Part shown: positions 9,970-20,015 of the stretch, in pieces
Position numbering within the stretch: the first letter of the stretch is position 1
Layout of the letters: the number at the start of each line of letters is the position of its first letter
Source of the DNA: Phytohabitans houttuyneae
Lineage (GTDB): Bacteria; Actinomycetota; Actinomycetes; Mycobacteriales; Micromonosporaceae
DNA: 24,000 nt
NCBI RefSeq assembly: GCF_011764425.1
Contig: NZ_BLPF01000002.1
Coordinates: 410,997-434,996 of the forward strand
Reading direction: 5' to 3'
The notes under the pieces: generated by a model
Seen by the model: only the letters and a program-made list of their open reading frames with translations
Told to the model about the DNA's origin: nothing
Databases searched by the model: none
Translations under genes and position numbers: made by a program

Positions 9970-10806
9970 ATGAGCGCCGCGGTGGTGCTCACCGTCGACG
10001 AGCTCCGGGCGCTGGGCCGGGTACTGGACCTGGCACTGCCCCGGTTCGTGACCGCCGGCGACCCGCGGGACCTGCGTGTCGACGCGGCCGCGTTGCGCGG
10101 GTTGGCGGCCCGCGATCTGGCCGACCTGGCGGACGGGGTGTCGCCGGCTCCCGCGCTGGCGCGGCAGCTCGTGCCCTGCCGGGCCGCGTCGCTGATCGCC
10201 GAGGTGGAGGTGGAGGCGGACGGCCGGGCCGCCGACCACGCCGTGGTCGCCGCCGAAGGGCCGGCGGCGCTCTTCACCGATCAGGGCGGCGGCCTGGTAC
10301 GCCTCCACCTCGCCGGCACGGACCATCACGAGGTGGTGCGCGACCTCTGCCGGCTTCCCGCGCTCGGCGGCCGCGCGGGCGGCGAGGAGTTCACTGTGGA
10401 CGCCGACGCGCTCGGCGACGCCGAGGACCGGCTCCTGGCCGGCGATCCGGACGGTGCGGTGGCGGCACTCGTCGCCGGCGGCGCGCCGGTGGCCGGGGCA
10501 CGAGCCTGGGGCGCCGCGGTGCATGGCCGGCGGTACGCGGTCGCGGTGCGAGCCGCCCGCAACCGCGGCAACGGGCCGGCGGGGCCGTTCGAGGCGGCCG
10601 AGCTGCGCTGGGTGGTGGCCGGCGACGGTACGGCGTGGCGGGTCGGCGCGGCACCCGCCGACCGGCCCGGGGCGCCCCTGCCCGCCGGCGGCTGGGCGGA
10701 TGAGGAACCGACACCGCGCGCGCTCGTCGGTCCGGTGCCCGCGGCCGAGCTGGAGGCCGCCCTCCGCGCCGTGACGACCGGGAAGCGGGCCGATGCCGCG
10801 CGGTGA
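9970..10806 (+). CDS. EspG-like T7SS-associated protein (putative substrate chaperone), 278 aa
   Basis: A strong RBS GGGGGAG lies immediately upstream of ATG 9970. The N-terminus MSAAVVLTVDELRALGRVLDLALPRFV matches the EspG-family opening pattern (L-T/S-x-D-E-L...L..fP). Size and context (downstream of a WXG-like gene) also fit. The assignment rests on remembered family features, not a search. Confidence 0.5.
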   Translation: MSAAVVLTVDELRALGRVLDLALPRFVTAGDPRDLRVDAAALRGLAARDLADLADGVSPAPALARQLVPCRAASLIAEVEVEADGRAADHAVVAAEGPAALFTDQGGGLVRLHLAGTDHHEVVRDLCRLPALGGRAGGEEFTVDADALGDAEDRLLAGDPDGAVAALVAGGAPVAGARAWGAAVHGRRYAVAVRAARNRGNGPAGPFEAAELRWVVAGDGTAWRVGAAPADRPGAPLPAGGWADEEPTPRALVGPVPAAELEAALRAVTTGKRADAAR

Positions 10807-12019
10807 CCTCGATGCCTTCATGGCGGCCGTGCGGCAGGTCGAGTCCGGCGGTGACTACCGGGCCCGCAACGCCGCGTCCGGCGCCAGCGGCGCGTACCAG
10901 TTCATCGACTCGACCTGGGACGGGTACGGCGGCTACCGCCGGGCGATGGACGCGCCGCCGCAGGTGCAGGACCGCCGGGCGGAGCAGCTGATGAGCCAGT
11001 ACCACCACCGGTACCAGCGCTGGGACCTTGTGGCGGTGGCCTGGCACGGCGGGCCCAGCCTGGCCGACCGCGCGCGCCGCGACCCCGGCGTGCTGCGCGG
11101 AGTCGGCGACGGGCAGATCTCCACGGCCGGGTACGTGGCCCGGGTGCTCGCCGCCGCCGGCACCGGCCTGACCCGCCCCGCCAGCCACCGGCAGGAGCTC
11201 GCCCCGTGGCGGCTGCCCCGGCGCGGCGCACCTGTCGCGGGCCGTACCGTGGCGATCGACCCGGACCGGCTGCACCGCCTTGCCGAGCAGCTGACCGACC
11301 ACCTCGGCGTGGTGGAGCACGCGTACCACCGCTGCCGTGGCGTGGCCGGTGACCTCGGCGCCGGCCCGGCCGGGCATCGGGTCCAGGTCGCCGGCGCGCA
11401 CCTCGAGGCGCGGCTGCGCGCCGCGCTCGCCGACGCGCTGGATGACTGGGACGGGCTGCGCCGCCTGCCGCGCCTGCTGACCCGTGACATCGGGTACGTG
11501 GTGGAGGTGCGGCGGCGGGTGTTGCGCGCGGACCGTACCGAGGCGCGCCGCACGGTGGAAGGGCTCATCGGCACGCTGGCCGGCCACGGCCGGGTCGCTC
11601 GGCGCCACGCGGCCGGGCTGATGCGCGAGCTGTATCCAGCCGCCCGGCCGGGGCCGGTGTTCGCCGGTGTCGAGGTGCGCGGTCCCTGGGCCGGCACCGA
11701 GTCGATCTTCGACCAGTTCGTGACGCCCTTTTTGCGCCGGCGCGGCCTGTCCCCGGGCATGGAGAAGTGGCACAACCCGAACCTGGCCTCGGACCACCGG
11801 CCGGAGCACACCGGCGCGTACGCCATCGACTACCCGACCTGGTCCGGCCTTGACGACGCGCGGGCCGTGGCGCGTGCCATGGGCATCCGCGGCTGGCGGC
11901 CGGACTCGTACCAGCAGCACGTGATCGAGGTCGACGGGCAGCGCTTCCGGGTGCAGATCCTCTGGGGTGCCCGGATCGACCACGCCGACCATGTCCACGT
12001 AGGGATCAAGCGAGCCTGA
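10793..12019 (+). CDS. Two-domain peptidoglycan hydrolase, 408 aa: N-terminal lytic-transglycosylase-like domain, central helical region and C-terminal LAS/M15-type zinc peptidase-like domain
   Basis: - N-terminal VESGGDYRARNAASGASGAYQFIDSTW, with the putative catalytic Glu codon at 10841-10843, is a transglycosylase-type motif.
- The C-terminal EHTGAYAID gives H-x6-D (His codon 11807-11809, Asp codon 11828-11830).
- DHADHVHVG gives H-x-H (11990-11998). Together these fit the LAS signature of zinc D-Ala-D-Ala carboxypeptidase-type enzymes.
- The middle segment VAIDPDRLHRLAEQLTDHL... looks like an Esx-type helical hairpin.

The start is ATG 10793, overlapping the upstream gene by 14 nt. ATG 10820 is an alternative start. 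Confidence 0.65.
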   Translation: MPRGDLDAFMAAVRQVESGGDYRARNAASGASGAYQFIDSTWDGYGGYRRAMDAPPQVQDRRAEQLMSQYHHRYQRWDLVAVAWHGGPSLADRARRDPGVLRGVGDGQISTAGYVARVLAAAGTGLTRPASHRQELAPWRLPRRGAPVAGRTVAIDPDRLHRLAEQLTDHLGVVEHAYHRCRGVAGDLGAGPAGHRVQVAGAHLEARLRAALADALDDWDGLRRLPRLLTRDIGYVVEVRRRVLRADRTEARRTVEGLIGTLAGHGRVARRHAAGLMRELYPAARPGPVFAGVEVRGPWAGTESIFDQFVTPFLRRRGLSPGMEKWHNPNLASDHRPEHTGAYAIDYPTWSGLDDARAVARAMGIRGWRPDSYQQHVIEVDGQRFRVQILWGARIDHADHVHVGIKRA

Positions 12020-12021
12020 CG

Positions 12022-12336
12022 ATGATAAATCCTTGCTTCGCCGACAAGTACCTGGCGTACGCGGCCGCCGCCCGGATGGCCCAGATGGCCCTGGCCAGGG
12101 CGCGGGCCAAGCTCGACGGGCTGCCCGACCTCGGCGCGCGGGCGGCCGCGACGACGTTCACCTCGCCGGCCAGCCTCCGGCTCAAGGCCGACGTGACCGA
12201 CGTCGGCTCGGGCATCGGCGACGCCCGGGCCAGGCTCGGCGAGCTGATCGCGTACCTGGCCACGGTCGCCGACAAGTACGAGCGGCTCGGCCTGGAGGCG
12301 GATGCCGCGCGCAAGAAGCTGGAGGCGGACGGATGA
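12022..12336 (+). CDS. Small helical protein of WXG100/PE size without a WxG motif, 104 aa
   Basis: The ORF starts 2 nt after the upstream stop and is translationally coupled to the next gene by an ATGA overlap at 12333-12336. The sequence is Ala/Leu/Arg-rich and looks helical. Codons are GC3-rich after the first few. The start is uncertain, because the first codons (ata aat) are atypical. I recognise no family. Confidence 0.5.
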   Translation: MINPCFADKYLAYAAAARMAQMALARARAKLDGLPDLGARAAATTFTSPASLRLKADVTDVGSGIGDARARLGELIAYLATVADKYERLGLEADAARKKLEADG

Positions 12337-13289
12337 CGGTGTACCGGTTCGACCCCGAGGAGATGCGCGGGCTCGCGGCCGACCTGCGCCGCGCGGCCGA
12401 CGCGGCCGGTGCGGCGAGCCTGGCCCTGATCGCGGTGCCCACGGACGGGCTGCCACCGGAGGCCGCCGGCCTCGTCGCGGCACAGACCCGGGCGCTGTGG
12501 CGGCTGCTCGCGCAGGGCCAGTCGTCGCTGACCGGCGGCGCCCGCTACCTGACCGGCATGGCGACGGCGGTCCGGAAGGCCGACGACCCCACGCTGCGCG
12601 CCGCCGGGCTCAACCTGCTCACCGTCACCAAGGCCGGCGAGATCGTGCTCAAGGAGATCAGCGACCGGGCGACCGGGCACCGCACCGCGCTGCCCGACCG
12701 GGCGCGCCGCTGGGCACGCATCCTCGGCACGGTATCCGGCGAGAAGGCCGTCCTCTCCGCGGTCGGCTGGTCGGAGTGGCGCAAGGCGCTGCGCGACGCG
12801 GGCGTGACACCCGGAAGCCCGCTGCGGCGGCAGATCTACGAGACGATCCGGGCGCGGGCGCAGAGCAACATCGACGAGATCCAGCGGTACCGGGGTAACA
12901 GTGCGCCGCCCGACGGCGGCAAGGGCAAGCAGTGGGGTCGCCGCGTCTCCGGGCTGGCGCCGGGACCGGCCGGTGACCTGGCCGACCTGGCCGCCTACCT
13001 CCACGCCAGCCGCAAGCTGCGGGCGGATGAGCCACAGACGGGCGTGGCGCAGGTCGCGACCGACATCCGGGACTTCGCGGACCTTGTCGCCGCCAGCAAC
13101 CACCTCGCCGCGGACGCGCTGATCAAGACGCCGTTGACCGCGCCGGCCGCCGTGATCAACGAGGGGATCGGGCTCGGCGCGGACGCCGTCGTGCTCACCC
13201 TCGACTCCGTCAACGAGGCGCGCAAGGGCGTCGACCGGGTGATCGACAGCGTGGGCGACGGCTTCAAGTCCCTGGCCCGGCTGCCATGA
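12333..13289 (+). CDS. Hypothetical protein with an Esx/LXG-like helical N-terminus, 318 aa. Candidate T7SS substrate or effector.
   Basis: ATGA overlaps couple it to both neighbours (12333-12336 and 13286-13289). Third codon positions are almost all G/C. The N-terminus MTVYRFDPEEMRGLAADLRRAADAAG resembles the start of WXG100/LXG-type proteins. I recognise no domain in the C-terminal ~200 aa. Confidence 0.55.
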   Translation: MTVYRFDPEEMRGLAADLRRAADAAGAASLALIAVPTDGLPPEAAGLVAAQTRALWRLLAQGQSSLTGGARYLTGMATAVRKADDPTLRAAGLNLLTVTKAGEIVLKEISDRATGHRTALPDRARRWARILGTVSGEKAVLSAVGWSEWRKALRDAGVTPGSPLRRQIYETIRARAQSNIDEIQRYRGNSAPPDGGKGKQWGRRVSGLAPGPAGDLADLAAYLHASRKLRADEPQTGVAQVATDIRDFADLVAASNHLAADALIKTPLTAPAAVINEGIGLGADAVVLTLDSVNEARKGVDRVIDSVGDGFKSLARLP

Positions 13290-14002
13290 CGCTTCTCGTC
13301 ACCGCGGACGAGCTCGACGCGCTCGCCCGCCGCCTCGGCGCTTCCCGGTTTCCCGGGGTGACCACGTCGCTGTTCGACACGGTGGGCGCCGAGCACCACC
13401 GAGTCCTCACCGACCGGTTGCTCGCCACACTGATCGCGCGCGGCCTCGTCGAGGAACGCGACAGCCGTCTTGTGGCACCCGCCGAGACGGCGGCGCTGCT
13501 CGGTCCCACTCTGTGCGGCGGCATCCGGTACGAGATCGAGCGGACCGACCCGGACGCCCGTGCCGTCACCGCGCTCGGTGCCTTCGCCGGCCTTGTCGTG
13601 TGGCATCGCGCGGACGGGCTGTACCACCGGTTCGACGCGGTGAGCACCGACGGCGACGTCGCCCGCGCTCTGGTCGACCTGGTGGATCCGGCGCCCGGGC
13701 CGGCGGCGGGCCGCCCATTCCGGGCCCGGCACAGCGCGCTGCCGTCCCGGCTCGAGTCGCTGCCGGACGGCTGGCGAGCCACGACGACCATCACCCAGGC
13801 CGCCGCCCCGGACGGCGTGACCGCGCTGAGCTGGGTGTCCATTGTCGACTGCGGCGACGGCCAGGTGTGGCTGCTGGAGCCGGACCCGGACTCACCCGAC
13901 GACGGTCTCGCGGCCGGCGACGATCCGGTGCTGCGGGCAACCCCGGTGGACCCGGCCGCGCTGCTGGCTTACCTCACCGACTGGTGCGGCTCAGCCGGCT
14001 GA
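13286..14002 (+). CDS. Second EspG-like T7SS-associated protein (putative chaperone), 238 aa
   Basis: The N-terminus MTLLVTADELDALARRLGASRFPGV parallels the 9970..10806 product and the EspG-family opening pattern. The gene is translationally coupled to the upstream 318-aa gene. The assignment rests on pattern recognition only. Confidence 0.5.
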   Translation: MTLLVTADELDALARRLGASRFPGVTTSLFDTVGAEHHRVLTDRLLATLIARGLVEERDSRLVAPAETAALLGPTLCGGIRYEIERTDPDARAVTALGAFAGLVVWHRADGLYHRFDAVSTDGDVARALVDLVDPAPGPAAGRPFRARHSALPSRLESLPDGWRATTTITQAAAPDGVTALSWVSIVDCGDGQVWLLEPDPDSPDDGLAAGDDPVLRATPVDPAALLAYLTDWCGSAG

Positions 14003-14202
14003 CCGTCGGGTCCGCCGCGGTCAGGGTGGCCCGTCTGGAACCCCGAACTGGACGCGAGCCACCGCGACCGCCCGCGGTGATCCCGACCCATGCCACCCAG
14101 CCCTCTGGCCACCCGGCACGGCCGCCGCGCCAGCCCGAACAAACGGGTGCCGGCCCCGGTGCCAGCCCGTCCCCGGTCGCGGTCCGAGCCGAGGCTGGCT
14201 GC

Positions 14203-14266
14203 GGTTGATCAGGGAGTTGATGGGCGCGCCGGCCGGCGTGTCCACGCACGAGGTCCCTGATCAACC
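14203..14266. repeat. Perfect 13-bp inverted repeat, GGTTGATCAGGGA...TCCCTGATCAACC, with a 38-nt spacer, in the 385-bp gap between convergent genes
   Basis: Read directly: the left arm is 14203-14215 and the right arm is 14254-14266. They are exact reverse complements and cannot be extended. The spacer begins with a further GTTGAT and contains the palindrome GGCGCGCC (14223-14230). Confidence 0.9.
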
Positions 14267-14286
14267 CCGGCGACCGTTGGGGTTGA
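14261..14286. terminator. Candidate bidirectional terminator hairpin, TCAACCCC-(10 nt)-GGGGTTGA
   Basis: The 8-bp stem pairs 14261-14268 with 14279-14286, with a 10-nt loop. It overlaps the right arm of the 13-bp inverted repeat, so the two structures are mutually exclusive. It sits between the ends of convergent genes (14002 plus strand, 14388 minus strand). There is no U-tract. Confidence 0.3.
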
Positions 14287-14387
14287 GGTGTGCGACCGCG
14301 GAGGGTGAGGCCGCGGGAGCAACGGTCCGGACCACCGCGGACATCGCGGCAGCTCATATCAAACTCTCAAAAGGACCGCGACGGTGG

Positions 14388-16948
14388 CTACCAGACGCAG
14401 CCGAGCTCTTCGCGGTCGTCGGCGGGCGGCGGGCTCTCGGAGCGGACGTGCTGGTAGTAGCGCGGCGAGCCGCCGTTCCAGGTCCGCCACACCCGTGCCT
14501 GGCCAGCGGCGGTGCCGCACGTCATCAGCACCGCGTACGCTGCGCCGCGGAAATGGGCGCCGATCGTGGGAGAGCCGGGCGCCAGCCCTGAGTAGAACTC
14601 GTTGCGGGGCAGTCCCCGGCACAGGTCGCCGCCGGCGTCGCAGGTGTAGTGATAGATCACGCGGGCGCCGGGGATCTGCGTACCGGGCGGGTAGGCGGCG
14701 CCGAGCACCGTCGGGACCGGCGTCCAGGGCGAGTAGTGGATGGTGACCGGGGTGCCCAGTTGGTACGTGCCGGCGGGCGGGTCCTGGGCGAGGACCACAC
14801 CCGGCGTCGGGTTCAGCACCGGGACCGCGTTGCAGCTGAAGCCGCGCGCGTTGATGTCGTTGCAGGCCGCCTCCCAGCCCTGCCCGCCGTAGCCGGGCAC
14901 CGTGCACTTGTCGCCGTAGTAGGTCAGCGTGACCCGGCTGCCCACGGCCACGGTCTGCCCGGCCGGCGGGTCCTGGCCGTACACCTCGCCGACCGGGCGG
15001 CCCACGGTCTGCGCGCAGGTGCCCTCCACCGGCACGCATTCGAGCCCTTCGGCCTGGATGGCGCCGCAGGCGGCGGAGATGTTGGCGCCGACGACGGTGC
15101 CCGGCGTGCTCTCGCCCTTGTAGTACCGCAGCGTGACCGTCGTGCCCATCTTGGCGACCGTGCCGGCGGCCGGCTCCTGCGACTGGACCTGCCCAGCCTG
15201 CTTGCCGGCCGTGACCGGACCGCCGAGGACCGCCTGGCACCTCATCTTGTACAGCTCTTCAAGGCGCGTGCAGGCAGCTCCGAACGCCTGGTCGGCGACG
15301 TTCGGCAGGGCGATCGAGTCGGGGTACGTGACGGTGACGAGGCTGTTTCGGCTGATCTCGGTCTGCGCCTGGGGTGCCTGGGCGGACACGACGCCGAGCT
15401 GCTCGGGCGCGATGGCCACCTCCGCGGACACCACCTGCTCGCACCTGAGCCGTGCGGCGGTGACCTGGCGGCAGGCCTCCCGGTACGGCAGGCCGGTCAC
15501 CTCGGGCGTCCGAAGTGGACCGGCGTACCGGACCACGACCCGGCTGCCCACCGGCACCCGGCGCCCGGCCGCGGGGCTGGTCCCGAGCACGTCACCGGGG
15601 TCCACGCCGGGCTCGTCGTCGCCGGCGGAGACCGCGCGGCAGCGCAGGCCCAGCTCGGTGATGGTCGCGCACGCCTGCTCGTGCGGGGTGCCGCGCGCGA
15701 ACGACGGCACGGTCACCAGGCGGCCGTCCGGACCCTTCGGCGGGCCCTGCGGCGACGGGGGCCGCTGCGTCGGCGGGTCCTTCGGGTCGGTGGGGGAGCC
15801 GCCGCCGGGCGGGCCGGTCTGCCCCTCGGTGTCGGTCAGCTCCGCGCCGGTGCCCTTGTCGGCGTACCGCTCGTGACCGTTCGCGTCCACCACGAGCACG
15901 CTGCGGTCGTACTGGTTGTTTGCCCAGACCCGGCCGCCGCTCACCGACAGCTCGAACGGCCCCGGCTGGCCCGGCACGTCCAGCGGCCGGCTCGCGGCGG
16001 TGGCCCGACCGAGGTCGATCTTCCACAGGCTGGGGCCGGCGTAGTCGGGAACGTAGGCGAAGCTGCCGAGGGTCACGGGCGCGGCCAGGTCGCCGCGGGA
16101 CTTGAGCTTCAGCTGGACGGTGAAGCCGCGACCGGTGCGCGGGTCGAGCGCCGCCACGGTACCGCTGGCCCGGTCGACCGCGAGCACGTGCCGGCCGGCG
16201 CCGCGCCACGCGCCGAGCACCACCGCGGTACCCGCGATGCCGAGCTTGCCCACCGCGCGGGGTGTCTCACCGTCGATCATGTACGCCGTGCCGTCGGCGG
16301 TCACCGCGATCGGGTGCGAGTCGGAGACGGTCAGCCCGAGCAGCGGCGCGCCGAGGCGGAACCGGCGCACCTCCCGCCCGGACACGACCTCGACGACCTC
16401 GTCCTTTTCGGTGGTCAGCCAGACCGAGTCGGCGCAGGGCACGACCGCCTTGATGCCGTCCGGAACGCTGACCGGCGGGGCGGGCTCTGGCCCGGCTTGG
16501 TGATCTTTTCGACCGTGTCCCGCTCCTGGTCGACCAGGTACCCGTCGGACTCGGTCGGCACCGGCTCGATCCGCCCCTTGGAGGTCGGGCGCTGCTCCGC
16601 CGGCGCGTCCGGGGCGAGCGTGGCGGCGTCCAGGTAGGACACGGTCCCGGTGTCCTTGTTGACGATCGCCAGCCGGCCGTCCGGCATCCGCACCGGCTGC
16701 AGCGTCTCCTTGCCGGTGGCCAGCTGCATGGCGACCTCGGCGTCCGACTTGCCCGTCTCACCGTTGACGTGGGCGACGGTGTGCCCCTTGCCGAGAAAGG
16801 CGGAGCCGTCGCCGAGCAGCGGCCGGCTCGCGGTGTATCCGATCCCGGCGGCCGCGGTGAGGATGCCGGCGAGTGTGGCGACCGTGAGCAGTGCGGCGCC
16901 GGCCCGGCCCGCGGGACGCTTCGGGGCGCGCAACCACGTCAACCTCAC
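14388..16948 (-). CDS. Membrane-anchored extracytoplasmic protein without a kinase domain: beta-rich (propeller-like) ectodomain, Pro-rich linker, five PASTA repeats and a Cys-containing C-terminal domain. One 1-nt frame break as assembled.
   Basis: RBS GAAGGGA precedes GTG 16948, giving VRLTWLRAPKRPAGRAGAALLTVATLAGILTAAAGIGY (signal anchor).

A frame break at 16477-16480 joins ORF 16415..17092 to ORF 14388..16442, giving ...KPGQSPPPPVSVPDGIKAVVPCADSVW...

The Pro-rich linker is at ~15720-15830. The PASTA repeats span ~14727-15716. One example is VTVPSFARGTPHEQACATITELGLRCRAV...GDVLGTSPAAGRRVPVGSRVVVRY. The stop is TAG at 14388-14390. Confidence 0.8.
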
Positions 16949-17051
16949 TGGGGATCCCTTCGGCCGGTTTGCCCGCGTGCGGGGACAGGCTACAAAGTGA
17001 GAGCGATCCGTTGAATGGGTAGGGGTTCCCAGAACTGTCGAGGAGCGCACC

Positions 17052-17723
17052 ATGAGCGACGCTGACCTGCGGGTTGTCGCGGGCGATAGCAATTACGACG
17101 TACGGCCGGGAGAATCATTCACATTCGGTCGGGCGGAAAGCTGCACCCTGCGGATCGCGCCGGACGATTCTTCGGTTTCCCGGCTGGCCGGCGAGATCGA
17201 GCGCGACGGTTCGGTCTGGTTTCTGGCCAACCGCAGTGGGAGCCGGCCGCTCGCCGTCGTCGACCGCTTCGGCCTGCGCAGCGTGCTGGCGCCGGGCAGC
17301 CGGGCGGCGATCGAGGGCCGGGTCCGCGTGGTCCTTGACGGCGCCCGCAGCCACGAGCTGGTGCTGCACGGTCCGGAGCCGGCGGCCCAGCCGGACGTCG
17401 CCGCGGTGACCGGCCAGCCCACGTCGGCCGGCGAAGGAGTGCTGGTCAACGAGCAGGACCGGCTGGCGCTCGTCGCGCTGTTCGCCGGCTACCTGCAGGA
17501 GGGCGACCGCTACGACCCCAACCCCAAGTCGTACGCCGCGGCCGCCGCCCGGCTCGGCTGGCCGCGCACCACGCTGGTCAAGCGGATCGAGTACCTCCGC
17601 TCCCGGCTGGTCCGGGCCGGCGTGCCGAACATGCAGGGCTGGAATGCGTTGAGCGCGCTGGCCGAATACGCGCTGACGACCGGACTGATCACCAAAGAGG
17701 ATCTTCGCCTGATCCACCGGTGA
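17052..17723 (+). CDS. FHA-like domain protein with a C-terminal helix-turn-helix-like region, 223 aa
   Basis: RBS GAGGAG (17040-17045) precedes ATG 17052. The N-terminus has an FHA-type pattern, FTFGRAESCTLRI..DDSSVSRLAGEIERDGSVWFLANRSGSRPLAV: Gly-Arg and Ser-Arg are kept, while the usual His and Asn-Gly are not. The C-terminal YAAAAARLGWPRTTLVKRIEYLRSRL is HTH-like. The gene is divergent from the PASTA protein gene, with a 103-bp spacer. Confidence 0.7.
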   Translation: MSDADLRVVAGDSNYDVRPGESFTFGRAESCTLRIAPDDSSVSRLAGEIERDGSVWFLANRSGSRPLAVVDRFGLRSVLAPGSRAAIEGRVRVVLDGARSHELVLHGPEPAAQPDVAAVTGQPTSAGEGVLVNEQDRLALVALFAGYLQEGDRYDPNPKSYAAAAARLGWPRTTLVKRIEYLRSRLVRAGVPNMQGWNALSALAEYALTTGLITKEDLRLIHR

Positions 17724-17880
17724 GCCGCTGGGAAACTGTTCCCATTTCGCCTCGCCCCGCACCGGCCTAATGTCGCGTACCTATGGATCCCAGCCGCTGC
17801 GGTACGGTGGTGCGCGATCAGCACCCCTCCCCCTTGATCACTCGGCGGACGCCGACCGCAACGAGGTAACCACCCTGGTC

Positions 17881-20002
<2,122 letters not shown>

Positions 20003-20015
20003 GGACAACAGGCGC

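Noticed and set aside
12019-12040. An AT-rich patch (tgacgatgataaatccttgc) as a promoter or insertion scar inside the cargo operon
   Set aside because: The patch is only about a dozen bases and coincides with a stop/start junction. It most simply reflects relaxed composition at a gene boundary. Its only effect is to lower confidence in the 12022 start codon.
9201-12336. C-terminal T7SS export signals (YxxxD/E or HxxxD/ExxhxxxH) in the 116-aa, 113-aa and 104-aa proteins
   Set aside because: I looked for them by eye. The 116-aa protein ends ...MHAHARDTEAIDFAH and the 104-aa protein has ...AYLATVADKYERLG..., but neither fits the spacing of either motif. I make no claim.
13974-14357. A 127-aa minus-strand ORF (and 13842..14591 on the plus strand) filling the 385-bp intergenic gap
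   Set aside because: There is no RBS, the sequence is Arg/Gly/Pro-rich, it overlaps the end of the EspG-like gene, and it matches no recognisable family. It is probably non-coding.
16950-17030. Paired motifs GGGGATCCC (16950-16958) and GGGGTTCCC (17022-17030) in the PASTA/FHA divergent spacer, and a TTGAAT -35-like hexamer at 17011-17016
   Set aside because: The motifs are short and GC-rich, so they are expected by chance. The first overlaps the RBS of the PASTA gene. No acceptable -10 (TANNNT) lies at the right spacing from TTGAAT.
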